A stretch of DNA of 64,000 nucleotides from Nitrosopumilus sp. (GTDB lineage: Archaea > Thermoproteota > Nitrososphaeria > Nitrososphaerales > Nitrosopumilaceae), in contig OZ240211.1 in the NCBI GenBank assembly GCA_965197525.1, forward strand, positions 928,001-992,000, written 5' to 3'. The notes below the pieces were generated by a model. It did not search any database. It was given only the letters and a program-made list of their open reading frames with translations, and had not been told where the DNA came from. Position 1 is the first letter of the stretch. Each line of letters begins with the position of its first letter. Shown piece after piece: positions 36,728-46,660 of this stretch. A program made the position numbers and the translations under genes.

Positions 36728-37708
36728 CTAAATAGTTGACTCTTTAGAGTCAGCGACAGTCTTCTTCTTATCATCAATTACCTGTCTTAAGATTTTGATA
36801 TGTTCAGGATTTGTTCCACAACATCCACCGATAATTCGAATCTTTTTGTAGCCATCAAGAAAATCACCCAGGATAGACCCCATATCAGAGGGAGTCATCT
36901 TGTAGAGGGCTTGTCCACCATCATTTTCAGGCATGCCAGCATTAGGAACTACTAGCAGATTATGATCGTCTTGTTCATCAAGCCATCTAATACTAGGGAT
37001 CATCTCAGTAGGACCAGTAGAACAGTTGAGCCCGAACACGTCAATTCCCATATCAGAGACAGTTGTATATGCAGACTGAATATCAGTACCAAGTAGCATC
37101 TTGCCGTATGGATCCAATGTCGTGTTTGCAATAATTGGAACTTTTTTGCCAGTTTTTGCCATAGCGTTATGACATGCCTCAATGACTAGCTTCACCTCTA
37201 GTATATCCTGGCTAGTCTCAATGAGTAACGCATCAACACCTCCAAGGATCAGCCCTTGTGCTTGTAGCTCAAAGGCCTCCCGTATCTCATCAAGAGGCTT
37301 CGTACCCAGATCAGGATCATCTGAGCTGGGAAGAAAGCCAGACGGTCCCATCGAACCTATAACGTACCTTGGTTTATCAGAGTATTCTAAAGAGACATCA
37401 TGCGCAAGTTGGGCAATTTTTTGGTTAAAACCAACTGTATCATCACCAAAACCGTATTCGTCAAGTTTGATCTTGTTTGAACCAAAGGAGTTTGTCTCAA
37501 TACAGTCAGCGCCTGCATCAAGATAATTTTTATGGATTTGCCTAATCCATTCAGGATGTGTCAACACTAAACCGTCGTTGAACCCATCTTGGTTATTAGG
37601 AAAGTCATCAGGACTTGGGTTGTATCGTTGGATCTCAGTACCCATTGCACCGTCAAAGAGCAGTACCCTATCTTTTAATGCATCAACGAATGGTTGTTTT
37701 TCTGCCAA
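36728..37708 (-). CDS. Methionine synthase homocysteine-binding module (split MetH N-terminus)
   Basis: DGAMGT, AGADCIETNSFG, GLNCSTGP, PNAG.P, IGGCCGT.PEHI. Confidence 0.93.
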   Translation of the reverse strand: MAEKQPFVDALKDRVLLFDGAMGTEIQRYNPSPDDFPNNQDGFNDGLVLTHPEWIRQIHKNYLDAGADCIETNSFGSNKIKLDEYGFGDDTVGFNQKIAQLAHDVSLEYSDKPRYVIGSMGPSGFLPSSDDPDLGTKPLDEIREAFELQAQGLILGGVDALLIETSQDILEVKLVIEACHNAMAKTGKKVPIIANTTLDPYGKMLLGTDIQSAYTTVSDMGIDVFGLNCSTGPTEMIPSIRWLDEQDDHNLLVVPNAGMPENDGGQALYKMTPSDMGSILGDFLDGYKKIRIIGGCCGTNPEHIKILRQVIDDKKKTVADSKESTI

Positions 37709-37814
37709 TGTAATATTAAGAAGAGGTTAGATAGTTTAACTCTTTTCAGAAAAAACAGCAATTATTGGTAGTGCGCATGAATAACTCATGCTTCTTTGCA
37801 GCTCATAAAAAAAA

Positions 37815-38573
37815 TTATCCCAATCCCCAACGGTACATCACTTTGGACTCTACTCGTTTGAAGATAAGGCCGTCGATTACAAGACCTATCAGCATGATTA
37901 CTAGCATTATTGCGATTACTTGGGATACATCAGTAAGAGAACGCCCTACATTAAGCAAGAATCCCAGTCCTAGGTACGAAAATAACAGCTCTGCCCCAAT
38001 CACACCTCTCCACGCAAATGCCCATCCTTGTTTGAATCCAGAGATCATATATGGAAATGCGGCAGGTATTAGTACAGATGTAATCAGCTGAGTGCCCTTT
38101 GCACCCATATTTCTTGCAGCCTCAATATATTGGGGATGAATATTTTTGACGCCGGTATACGTGTTGATTGTAACTGCGAATACTGCACCAATTGCTGTAA
38201 CAAAGATTATCCCAGCATCAGTCAGACCGAACCAGAGTATTGCAATTGGTACCCAAGCAATAGAAGGAATCGATTGCAGTCCCAATACCAAAGAACCTAC
38301 AGTTTGGTTTACAGCTTCTACTCTTGCCATAAAGATTCCCAAGACAATACCTCCGGTAATTGCAAATGCCAATCCTACTGAGAGTCTCCACATACTAGTT
38401 GCAATACCATAGAACAGACTTCCGTCTGATGCAGTATGCACCAAGTCTCGGGCCACATCATATGGAGAAGGGAAGATGTTCTCAGGCCATATCCCCAACA
38501 TTGCAGTTATCTGCCAAACTGCAACAATCCCGATGTAGAATATTATACGATAAAGCGTAAAATTTTTTGCCAT
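37815..38573 (-). CDS. ABC transporter permease (SsuC/TauC-like)
   Basis: LQSIPSIAW.P, EAARNMGA, AW..VIGAEL. Confidence 0.9.
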   Translation of the reverse strand: MAKNFTLYRIIFYIGIVAVWQITAMLGIWPENIFPSPYDVARDLVHTASDGSLFYGIATSMWRLSVGLAFAITGGIVLGIFMARVEAVNQTVGSLVLGLQSIPSIAWVPIAILWFGLTDAGIIFVTAIGAVFAVTINTYTGVKNIHPQYIEAARNMGAKGTQLITSVLIPAAFPYMISGFKQGWAFAWRGVIGAELLFSYLGLGFLLNVGRSLTDVSQVIAIMLVIMLIGLVIDGLIFKRVESKVMYRWGLG

Positions 38574-38582
38574 GGTTTATCC

Positions 38583-38891
38583 CTATGTTGTTGTTACCTC
38601 TAGTAAAAGTGCATTATTCTTCTTCTTCTTCTCCTCCTTCTTATTCTGAATTAATAATGTCTCAACTGGCAAGAGAACATATACACGCGTCTTAGAGGCT
38701 GTAAACAGTCTTCTAAATCCTGCAACTAGGCATAAAAACGTAGGTCTCTTACAGGCAACATAGATGACCAAGTATGCAGTATCACGTGGTCCAACCAGAG
38801 AATCAGTACCAGATAACACCTCATAGGCGTAAGAGGCATCATAAAGATATTCTGCAGTGTTTTTGACTTCTTCTTCTTCTAATCTGGTCAT
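38583..38891 (-). pseudogene. Decayed ABC ATPase remnant (still an open 102-codon frame)
   Basis: Sits in the ATPase slot between binding protein and permease; LV-IYVACKRP-TFL..VAG matches the LV-GPSGCGKS-TFL..VAG Walker A context. Confidence 0.6.
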
Positions 38892-39970
38892 TAGGTATCA
38901 CCAGACTCCTCAACTAAATTTGTATCAGAGAAATAAAAGATTTCAGATATATCATACCCGTCTCGTCCAAGATATCCCAACACATCAGCTCGTTGAGCAA
39001 ACGTGTAAATAGATTCCGGTATATAATCGGATGTAATTACAAGATTAGATAAAGCAATGTCAACTACATCATCAGACAGTGATTGGCCAAAATAAGAGTC
39101 TAGGAAATTATTAAAGACGATTCGGGTTTCAAGAGGATTTTGGTTTATCCAATCTGCTGTTGCATTATGTGCATCTAACAGATTTGCAATTAATACTGGA
39201 TGTCGGTTTACATAATCAACATTCCCAATCAAGATAACAGAAGCAAATTCGTTGTTTGGCCACAGTTCTTCTTCATGAAATAAACGTGTGCCGTTTAACT
39301 GAGTCTCCAAAATGGTTGCCCAGGGTTCTGCAACCCACGCCCCATCTATGTCACCCTTTACAAATAACGTATAGATATCAGGATTGGCAATATTATAGAC
39401 TGTGACAGAACCTCCCTTATCAGACGACTGTAGTCCATTCTCAGACAGATAGTTACGCAAGGAAACATCTTGTGTATTGCCAATTGGAAGAGTTGCAATC
39501 TTTTTGCCTGCAAAATCTAAAGCGGAGTTTATCTCAGATGTGGGATGAACTATGAAACTTGCGCCACCACTTGCAGCGCCTGCAAGAATCTGTACATTGT
39601 TATCTTTTGAATTTAAAAAACCAGTTATAGCAGGTCCTGGTCCAACATATGCAAGATCAATCGAGTTAGCAAATAATGCCTCTATTGCCTGAGGTCCGCT
39701 ATCAAATATGCGAGTTTCAATAGGTGTAGCGTGATCAACTATTACAACGCTACCAGTTGCGTTAAAGCCATCAATACCATTTTGAAAGAAACCTTTCTCC
39801 ATTCCCACTATCGGAATAGCGTGACCGATGTTGGGAAAGTATGCGATGCGGATTTTATTATCAGGATACGAACTAGCATTACTGCTACCATTAAAACTAG
39901 ACACAATGCCTAATGTCGATAGCAAAACAACGCCTACAACACTTGTAATAACTATCGTTTTAGTTTTCAT
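38891..39970 (-). CDS. ABC substrate-binding protein (SsuA-like)
   Basis: RIAYFPNI.HA, GP..IEAL, AYVGPGPA, GNTQD.SLR, W..EPW. Confidence 0.88.
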   Translation of the reverse strand: MKTKTIVITSVVGVVLLSTLGIVSSFNGSSNASSYPDNKIRIAYFPNIGHAIPIVGMEKGFFQNGIDGFNATGSVVIVDHATPIETRIFDSGPQAIEALFANSIDLAYVGPGPAITGFLNSKDNNVQILAGAASGGASFIVHPTSEINSALDFAGKKIATLPIGNTQDVSLRNYLSENGLQSSDKGGSVTVYNIANPDIYTLFVKGDIDGAWVAEPWATILETQLNGTRLFHEEELWPNNEFASVILIGNVDYVNRHPVLIANLLDAHNATADWINQNPLETRIVFNNFLDSYFGQSLSDDVVDIALSNLVITSDYIPESIYTFAQRADVLGYLGRDGYDISEIFYFSDTNLVEESGDT

Positions 39971-40113
39971 AAAACAGCGTTATATTGGACGGTTAAAAAA
40001 TCATCGAATTTTAGCTCAAGCTAGTAACAGAATTTTGAGGGTAAGACACAATTCAAGCATTAATTCCAATATCACAAAAGATAAATTCTAAAAAAGACCA
40101 GCAAATTTGCATT

Positions 40114-41316
40114 ATGGCTCAAAAAGGAATTCTTGCATTTTCAGGCGGACTTGATACATCAGTTGTGGTAAAATATCTACAAGATGAACACGACATGGAT
40201 GTCATTACAGTTACAGTTGATGTCGGACAGGGAGATAACAACAAAAAGATCGCATCCAAAGCCAAGAAACTAGGTGTGAAAAAACATTACAACATTGATG
40301 CAAAGACAGAGTTTGTTAATGATTACATATTTCCATCTATCAAAGCAAACGCTCTTTATCAAAAGAAGTATTGTCTTGCAACAGCACTTGCGCGACCATT
40401 AATTGCACAAAAAGTTTTAGAGATAGCAAAGAAAGAGAATGTAACAGCACTTGCGCATGGTTGTTCAGGTAAGGGAAATGATCAAGTACGTTTTGATATT
40501 ACGTTACGAGCAGGTTCAGAGTTGCCAATTATAGCACCAATTCGAGATAAAAACTTGGATAGGGTTACAGAATTGGAGTTTGCCAAAAAGCATGGAATTG
40601 AGATTGATGCTGTAGCAAAAAAATTTAGCATTGATCAGAATTTATGGGGACGTGCAATAGAAGGAGGAGTATTAGAGGATCCATACAATGAGCCACCAGA
40701 TGACGCATTCATCTGGGTCAAGACAAAAGACTTGCCAGACAAACCAACATACATGGAAATTACATTTGAGCGAGGTGTGCCAATCAAGGTAGATGACAAG
40801 AAGATGATGGAACCCCAGAAACTAATCCAGTACATTAACAGAAAGGCAGGCAATGCAGGTGTCGGAATAGCTGATCATATTGAGGACAGGGTTGTAGGAA
40901 TAAAATCACGTGAAGTATACGAGACACCTGCTGCAACATGTCTAATTGAGGCACATGCGGATTTGGAGAAGATGGTTCATACAAAACACGAGAACAAGTT
41001 CAAATCACAGATTGATGACGAATGGGCATATCTTGTATATTCAGGACTTTGGCAGGATCCACTAAGGGCAGATCTGGACGGATTCATAGAAGCATCACAA
41101 AAGGCAGTATCAGGAACTGTAAGGCTAAAGATGCACAAAGGAAGCATGAGGGTCGTTGGAAGAAAGTCAGAGAACTCACTTTACAGTCACAGTATTGCCA
41201 CTTATGGTACAGAATCTACATTTGATCAGAGATTAGCTGACGGATTTGTCAAGTTGTGGGGCATGCAGTCAACAGAAGCTAATAAATTACAAAAGAAAAG
41301 GTCAACAAGAATATGA
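40114..41316 (+). CDS. argG: Argininosuccinate synthase
   Basis: LAFSGGLDTS, HGCSGKGNDQVRF, SIDQNLWGR, IKSREVYE.P. Confidence 0.97.
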   Translation: MAQKGILAFSGGLDTSVVVKYLQDEHDMDVITVTVDVGQGDNNKKIASKAKKLGVKKHYNIDAKTEFVNDYIFPSIKANALYQKKYCLATALARPLIAQKVLEIAKKENVTALAHGCSGKGNDQVRFDITLRAGSELPIIAPIRDKNLDRVTELEFAKKHGIEIDAVAKKFSIDQNLWGRAIEGGVLEDPYNEPPDDAFIWVKTKDLPDKPTYMEITFERGVPIKVDDKKMMEPQKLIQYINRKAGNAGVGIADHIEDRVVGIKSREVYETPAATCLIEAHADLEKMVHTKHENKFKSQIDDEWAYLVYSGLWQDPLRADLDGFIEASQKAVSGTVRLKMHKGSMRVVGRKSENSLYSHSIATYGTESTFDQRLADGFVKLWGMQSTEANKLQKKRSTRI

Positions 41317-41480
41317 ACTGTCCTGAATGTGATGCAACACTAAGTATCCCAGAAGATGCTTCAGTAGGAGAGATTGTCTCCTGTCCTGATTGTGGGGCCG
41401 ACTTTGAGATCGCAAAGAAAGATGGATCAAATGTTGAGCTTAAACAAGCAGAAACTGTAGGCGAAGACTGGGGAGAGTAA
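41313..41480 (+). CDS. lysW: LysW/ArgW amino-group carrier protein (not in ORF track)
   Basis: Hand translation MNCPECDATLSIPEDASVGEIVSCPDCG...VGEDWGE. Confidence 0.95.
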   Translation: MNCPECDATLSIPEDASVGEIVSCPDCGADFEIAKKDGSNVELKQAETVGEDWGE

Positions 41481-42337
41481 TGTCAAAAATTTCTATCATC
41501 TTTGATCGTCTAAGAGCAGAGGAGAAGATGTTAGAGAAAGAGGCATTAGCGCTAGGTTGCGATATAATATTGCTAGATGCAAAAGATACCGTATTTAGTA
41601 CAGATAGCAACAAAGAAGACTATGACTTTGGAGACGTTGTCCTTGAGAGATGCGTAAGTTATTTTCGAGGACTTCATTTTACTGCGAATTTAGAGTTTCT
41701 GGATATTCCGGTTCTAAACAGATTCGATGTTGCAAAGATTTGTGGAAACAAGATGTTCATGACTCTGCAGTTGAAGAAGAACAACGTACCAACACCCAAG
41801 ACGTATTTTTCATTTTCAAGTCAGAGTGCTGCTGCTAACATAAACGACGTAGGATATCCACTAGTTATCAAACCGGTGATCGGTAGTTGGGGAAGAGGAA
41901 TAATACCAATCACAGACAAGGATACGATGGATGCAGTCTTTGAGATAAGAGACATAACAGATGGACCATATGATAGAACGTATTATCTACAAGAACTAGT
42001 CAAAAGACCCCCAAGGGATATCAGAGTAATCACAGTGAACAATGAACCGATTGCGGCAATGTACAGAAGATCCTCGGGCGGATTTAAGACAAATATTGCA
42101 CTAGGCGCAGATCCTGAGATCTGCGAGATTACAAAGGAGATGGAAGATATTGCAGCAAATGCATCAAAGGCCATGGGCGGAGGAATCTTGGGAGTAGATA
42201 TGATGGAAGATGAAACTAGAGGTCTGGTAGTCCACGAAGTTAACAACACAGTAGAGTTTAAAGGAATATCAAAAGTTACACCGCGAAACATACCAAAAGA
42301 GATCGTAAAGTACGCATTAGATTACGCTAGAAGATAA
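41480..42337 (+). CDS. LysX/ArgX ATP-grasp ligase (ArgX by context)
   Basis: GNK..M, KP..GSWGR, RPPRDIRV, EVN..VEFKG; follows argG-lysW. Confidence 0.9.
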   Translation: MSKISIIFDRLRAEEKMLEKEALALGCDIILLDAKDTVFSTDSNKEDYDFGDVVLERCVSYFRGLHFTANLEFLDIPVLNRFDVAKICGNKMFMTLQLKKNNVPTPKTYFSFSSQSAAANINDVGYPLVIKPVIGSWGRGIIPITDKDTMDAVFEIRDITDGPYDRTYYLQELVKRPPRDIRVITVNNEPIAAMYRRSSGGFKTNIALGADPEICEITKEMEDIAANASKAMGGGILGVDMMEDETRGLVVHEVNNTVEFKGISKVTPRNIPKEIVKYALDYARR

Positions 42338-42366
42338 ATTTTGTCTGTTCGGTTTGAGAGTAATAT

Positions 42367-44160
42367 TTACGAATATAGTTTTCCCGGTTTTGCCCGGGAA
42401 ACGGCAACCACTGTAATGATTGAGATCGCAACAATTAAAATTCCAATAACACCGAATTCGGGAACAGATTTGGCAAATTTCATTTTAAGAAAATTACCTT
42501 GTCCCTCTGTTGGATACATAATGTATTGTCCATCAGGGCTGATTATGAAAGGGGTAGGAGGACGGTTGTTGTAAGGCACCAAAACCTCATAAAATGAGCC
42601 ATCGTCAGATGTAATGTGTAATGAGCTGCCCGGCGCGCCTTTGCCACAGGAGTCACGCTCGTAAATAATCAAAGTATCGCCGGGAGACCAAACAAGAGAA
42701 CTACCGCATCCCGGATCGCGGTCTATCTCATATACGGTGCCTTTGGTGTCAAGATACGCCAAAGTGTTATCAGACCACCCATATCCACCATCCAGCGTTC
42801 TTATAAACAAAATTCGTGATCCGTCAGAGTTCAAATCAAAATACGGTGCTTCAAAACCATGCACCATGATCTCCCCATCCCTGACATCGGAAACCAGAGA
42901 ATCAGGAGGGCCTAAATTGATAAGAGAGTAAAGATCAGAATCGGTAGGATTTTCCTCAGACCATGATTCATTGTGTAAAGACGCTATCAAATTAAAATCC
43001 CCCGTATCCAAAGGCAAAAAATCAAAATGTATGATCGGATGCTCTTCATAATATATCACGTGCATCTCGGAAGTATCAATCGAGTATCGCATAAGACGGT
43101 CTTCAACTATTGCAAAAAGATACCTTCCGTCAGGAGAAAATTTTGCGGTATCGACGTGTTCTCCGACGCCAGTCTCCCACAGCTTGACCACATTTTGACC
43201 ATCAGCATCCATCAAGCCTAAAAAAGAAGTCCTGGGATAGTCTCCTTCCAGGATATAACGCATTGCAATGCGTTCTCCGTCAGGACTCCAATCCAAAAGA
43301 GTAAGTAATCCCAAGTTTTCAACAAACACGGAAATTGGCTCAATTTCAGAACCGGAAAAAACAGGCTCAAGAACTGTAATTTCTGTTGTGTCGCCATATA
43401 TCTCACGAACTGACTGCCCGTCATACCATCTGAGCATGATATTCACAGTCCAAATACCAGGTTCGACGGCACGAAATCCGGCATTGTATTCATATCCACA
43501 TTCAACAGTATTGTCGTTTGGTTCTTCAACAACGATTCCGCTTGGGGATACAGTCTTGTAGATAATCAATGCCTGCCCTTCCTTTACTATGCTGCGGGTC
43601 TGAACATCGGCAAATTCTTTGAGAGTAGAAGGATCAATCTGCTGACATACTGTCCATGGCATTGAGGCAAAATCTCCAAACTGTGCGGTAGGTTCGTAAG
43701 GCAGAGTGTTGATTTTGTAGTTCTGTTCGACGCCGTAATCTTTTGGAGTAGGAGGCGGAGACACATACAAAAATCTATGATCCGCTCCGAATTTTCCGTA
43801 TTCGTCGTTGAAAATCTCTACAAAAATTTGATATCGCCCGACTTTGGCATCTGCTGGCAGTTCGACAACATGTTCCGTGTTGCCCTGACTGTCAGAGAGG
43901 ATGGACTCTTTGAAAAAATCCAGACCGTCAGGATCTAATACGGTGATCCGGAACTCGGAATCAGGGGTTACAAAAATCCCGCCCCAGTCTTGATATGCGC
44001 CGGACCAGCCGGAAAGCAAGATGGAATCTCCCTGCCCGAATATGTTGTCACCGTTTGATGACCATGCCTGAACATCTCCATGAAAGTGAATGGAGGGGTC
44101 TTCCTGAGCAAAAGCAGGCAAAAAGACAAACCCAATTAAGAGAAAAATCACCAACCTCAT
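42367..44160 (-). CDS. Exported protein with TolB/WD40-like propeller region and PEFG-CTERM anchor
   Basis: Signal peptide; WSPDG, FSPDG, ISPDG repeats; VPEFG plus TM plus basic tail. Confidence 0.8.
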   Translation of the reverse strand: MRLVIFLLIGFVFLPAFAQEDPSIHFHGDVQAWSSNGDNIFGQGDSILLSGWSGAYQDWGGIFVTPDSEFRITVLDPDGLDFFKESILSDSQGNTEHVVELPADAKVGRYQIFVEIFNDEYGKFGADHRFLYVSPPPTPKDYGVEQNYKINTLPYEPTAQFGDFASMPWTVCQQIDPSTLKEFADVQTRSIVKEGQALIIYKTVSPSGIVVEEPNDNTVECGYEYNAGFRAVEPGIWTVNIMLRWYDGQSVREIYGDTTEITVLEPVFSGSEIEPISVFVENLGLLTLLDWSPDGERIAMRYILEGDYPRTSFLGLMDADGQNVVKLWETGVGEHVDTAKFSPDGRYLFAIVEDRLMRYSIDTSEMHVIYYEEHPIIHFDFLPLDTGDFNLIASLHNESWSEENPTDSDLYSLINLGPPDSLVSDVRDGEIMVHGFEAPYFDLNSDGSRILFIRTLDGGYGWSDNTLAYLDTKGTVYEIDRDPGCGSSLVWSPGDTLIIYERDSCGKGAPGSSLHITSDDGSFYEVLVPYNNRPPTPFIISPDGQYIMYPTEGQGNFLKMKFAKSVPEFGVIGILIVAISIITVVAVSRAKPGKLYS

Positions 44161-44191
44161 GTACCCGCTTTAGGAATCGTCTACTCATAAA

Positions 44192-44320
44192 TCATCTCAT
44201 TAAACTCTGTTTAAAATGTGAATCAAGGGACTGCCTTGTATAGAGTGGTTTTGTTATGACGTTGTCTAGATTCTTGAATTGTCTGTTGAATATTGGTCTG
44301 CGTGACACATACCAAGTCAT
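44192..44320 (-). pseudogene. Possible truncated RelE/ParE-like toxin
   Basis: ATGA overlap with upstream ORF; MTWYVSRRPIFNRQFKNLD resembles RelE N-termini; stops after 42 codons. Confidence 0.4.
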
Positions 44321-44556
44321 TGTTTACGTAATTCTTTTAGGAACTCATCAAGTGTCATAGTCTTCCAATCACAACTGTTTCTTGATTCTATGATATCCAA
44401 TACCTCTTCAGGTATTAGTTCATCTGCATGCAGTGATTTTAGATGCTCTTCAAAACTGTTGGATCTATAGCTTCCTTCCTCAAAATCTTTTCGTATTATC
44501 TCCAGCTTGTATTTTGGGAGATGGTAAAAAGGATTCACAATTTTTGTCTCAGACAT
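44317..44556 (-). CDS. Small acidic protein, possible antitoxin
   Basis: 79 aa; C-terminal TMTLDEFLKEL; coupled to the RelE-like fragment. Confidence 0.45.
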   Translation of the reverse strand: MSETKIVNPFYHLPKYKLEIIRKDFEEGSYRSNSFEEHLKSLHADELIPEEVLDIIESRNSCDWKTMTLDEFLKELRKQ

Positions 44557-44807
44557 GTCTTCTGTGTTATCTGCATCATAAAAAAAGGTTAGTAATCAAG
44601 AATTTTTTTGCAATCATGGCGACAGATGTTAGCTGAAGACAGAGTTTGAGCAGGGCCGATTGTAAGAGGCCAGTACTTTACTGATAAAAATTCAAACGTA
44701 TGTTCGTATGAGGTGTTTTTTCCATTTTGTTATGTATCTATATCTATAAAAGAAAATTTGAGCACTAGGCAGAAATTAAATTATACCCCATTATAAGAGA
44801 ATTCATA

Positions 44808-45854
44808 ATGAACGTAGGAGTAGTTGGCGCGTCAGGTTACGTAGGAGGAGAGACGCTACGACTTTTAGTAAATCATCCCAATGTAGAGATTACAACAGTA
44901 ACATCAAGACAACACGTGGGCGAGTATCTCCACAGAGTACAACCAAGTTTGAAGGGATTCACGGACATGACATTCTCAGAATTAGACTATGACAGACTAA
45001 CTGACAAGTGTGATCTGGTCTTTACAGCTGTGCCACACGGAACTGCAACTGAGATAGTACGGGCACTGTATGATAGAGGTGTCAAGATAATTGACTTGAG
45101 CGCAGATTACAGACTGCACAACCAGGAAGCATACGACAAATGGTACGGATGGACACACTCACACCCTGACTATCTGCAAAAGTCAGTCTTTGGAGTGCCA
45201 GAACTGCACAGGGAGGAGATTAAAAAGTCACAACTAGTCAGTTGCCCCGGATGCATGGCAGTAACATCAATACTTGCACTTGCGCCACTGATTCGAAATG
45301 ACATTATTGATAAAGAGCACATCATAGTTGATTCTAAAATCGGCTCATCAGGTGCAGGTTCAGGTTCAGGGACCGCGCATGCAATGAGAGCTGGAGTGAT
45401 TAGACCATACAAGCCAGCAAAGCACAGGCATACAGGTGAGATTGAACAAGAGCTCAGTGAGATTGCAAAGGAGAAGATCCGGGTCTCTATGAGTCCGCAC
45501 GCAGTAGATGTAGTCCGTGGAATTTTATGTACAAATCATACATTCTTGAAGAAGGATATAGATGAGAAGGAACTGTGGAAGTTGTATCGCCAAGCATATG
45601 GTGATGAACGTTTTGTCAGACTGATCAGAGACAAGAAAGGGTTGTACAAATTCCCAGATCCAAAATTCCTAGTAGGTTCTAATTTTTGTGACATCGGATT
45701 TGATTTAGACCAAGATAACAACAGATTGATTGCATTATCAGCATCAGATAACCTAATGAAAGGAGCTGCAGGATCTGCTATTCAGAACATGAATGTAATG
45801 TGCGGCTTCGATGAGATGGATGGATTAAAATACACACCGTTGACTCCGGTTTAG
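44808..45854 (+). CDS. argC: LysW-gamma-phosphate reductase (ArgC/LysY)
   Basis: GASGYVG, DLSADYRL, VSCPGC, DNLMKGAAG.A.QNMN. Confidence 0.95.
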   Translation: MNVGVVGASGYVGGETLRLLVNHPNVEITTVTSRQHVGEYLHRVQPSLKGFTDMTFSELDYDRLTDKCDLVFTAVPHGTATEIVRALYDRGVKIIDLSADYRLHNQEAYDKWYGWTHSHPDYLQKSVFGVPELHREEIKKSQLVSCPGCMAVTSILALAPLIRNDIIDKEHIIVDSKIGSSGAGSGSGTAHAMRAGVIRPYKPAKHRHTGEIEQELSEIAKEKIRVSMSPHAVDVVRGILCTNHTFLKKDIDEKELWKLYRQAYGDERFVRLIRDKKGLYKFPDPKFLVGSNFCDIGFDLDQDNNRLIALSASDNLMKGAAGSAIQNMNVMCGFDEMDGLKYTPLTPV

Positions 45855-45856
45855 AG

Positions 45857-46660
45857 ATGATCACAATTAAAATCGGGGGAAGCGTAGTCGAAGATTTACA
45901 CCCATCCACAATTTCAGATATTAAAAAGACAGCAGAATCAGAAGGGGTGATACTAGTACACGGGGGAGGAAAAGAGGTTACCAAAGTATGCTCACAATTA
46001 GGAAAAGAACCCAAGTTCATAACCTCTCCTAGCGGAATCAAAAGCAGGTACACTGACAAAGAGACTGCAGATATATTCACTATGGTGCTTTCAGGCAGAA
46101 TAAACAAGACAATCGTTCAGATGCTTCAAAAAAACGGCATTAATGCAATAGGTCTGTCAGGTGTTGATGCCAGGATAATCAGGGCAGATAGAAAGAAGAG
46201 ATTGCTAATAGTCAATGAAAAGGGCAGAAAACAGGCAATTGATGGAGGATACACAGGAAAGATAACAGAGATAAATGCCGAATTTATAAAACTGCTGCTA
46301 GAGCAAGGTCTTACACCTGTAATATCACCGATAGCCATCAGTGAAGAGTCAGAATTCCTAAATGTTGACGGAGACAGGGCAGCAGCGTATATAGCAGGAA
46401 AGGTAGGATGCGACAAAGTATTATTTATCACCAATGTGGACGGGTTATTGATGGATGAAAAACTTGTTCCGAAAATGACGCTAGAGTATGCCAAAGAGAT
46501 AAGACCAAAGATAGGTCCGGGCATGGAAAAGAAGATACTTGCATCAACTGAGGCGTTAGACATGGGGGTCAGGGAAGCATTAATTGCAAATGGCCAAAAG
46601 AACAACCCGATATCTGCAGCAATTGCGCATGATAACTGTACGGTAATTGAACATGAGTGA
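45857..46660 (+). CDS. argB: LysW-amino acid kinase (ArgB/LysZ)
   Basis: IKIGGS, LVHGGG, LNVDGDRAA, GM..KI.A. Confidence 0.93.
   Translation: MITIKIGGSVVEDLHPSTISDIKKTAESEGVILVHGGGKEVTKVCSQLGKEPKFITSPSGIKSRYTDKETADIFTMVLSGRINKTIVQMLQKNGINAIGLSGVDARIIRADRKKRLLIVNEKGRKQAIDGGYTGKITEINAEFIKLLLEQGLTPVISPIAISEESEFLNVDGDRAAAYIAGKVGCDKVLFITNVDGLLMDEKLVPKMTLEYAKEIRPKIGPGMEKKILASTEALDMGVREALIANGQKNNPISAAIAHDNCTVIEHE

Noticed and set aside
44239-44248. TATAGAGTGG, identical to the IS630 end, near the toxin truncation point
   Set aside because: Only 10 bp and the match stops; expected by chance in 64 kb.
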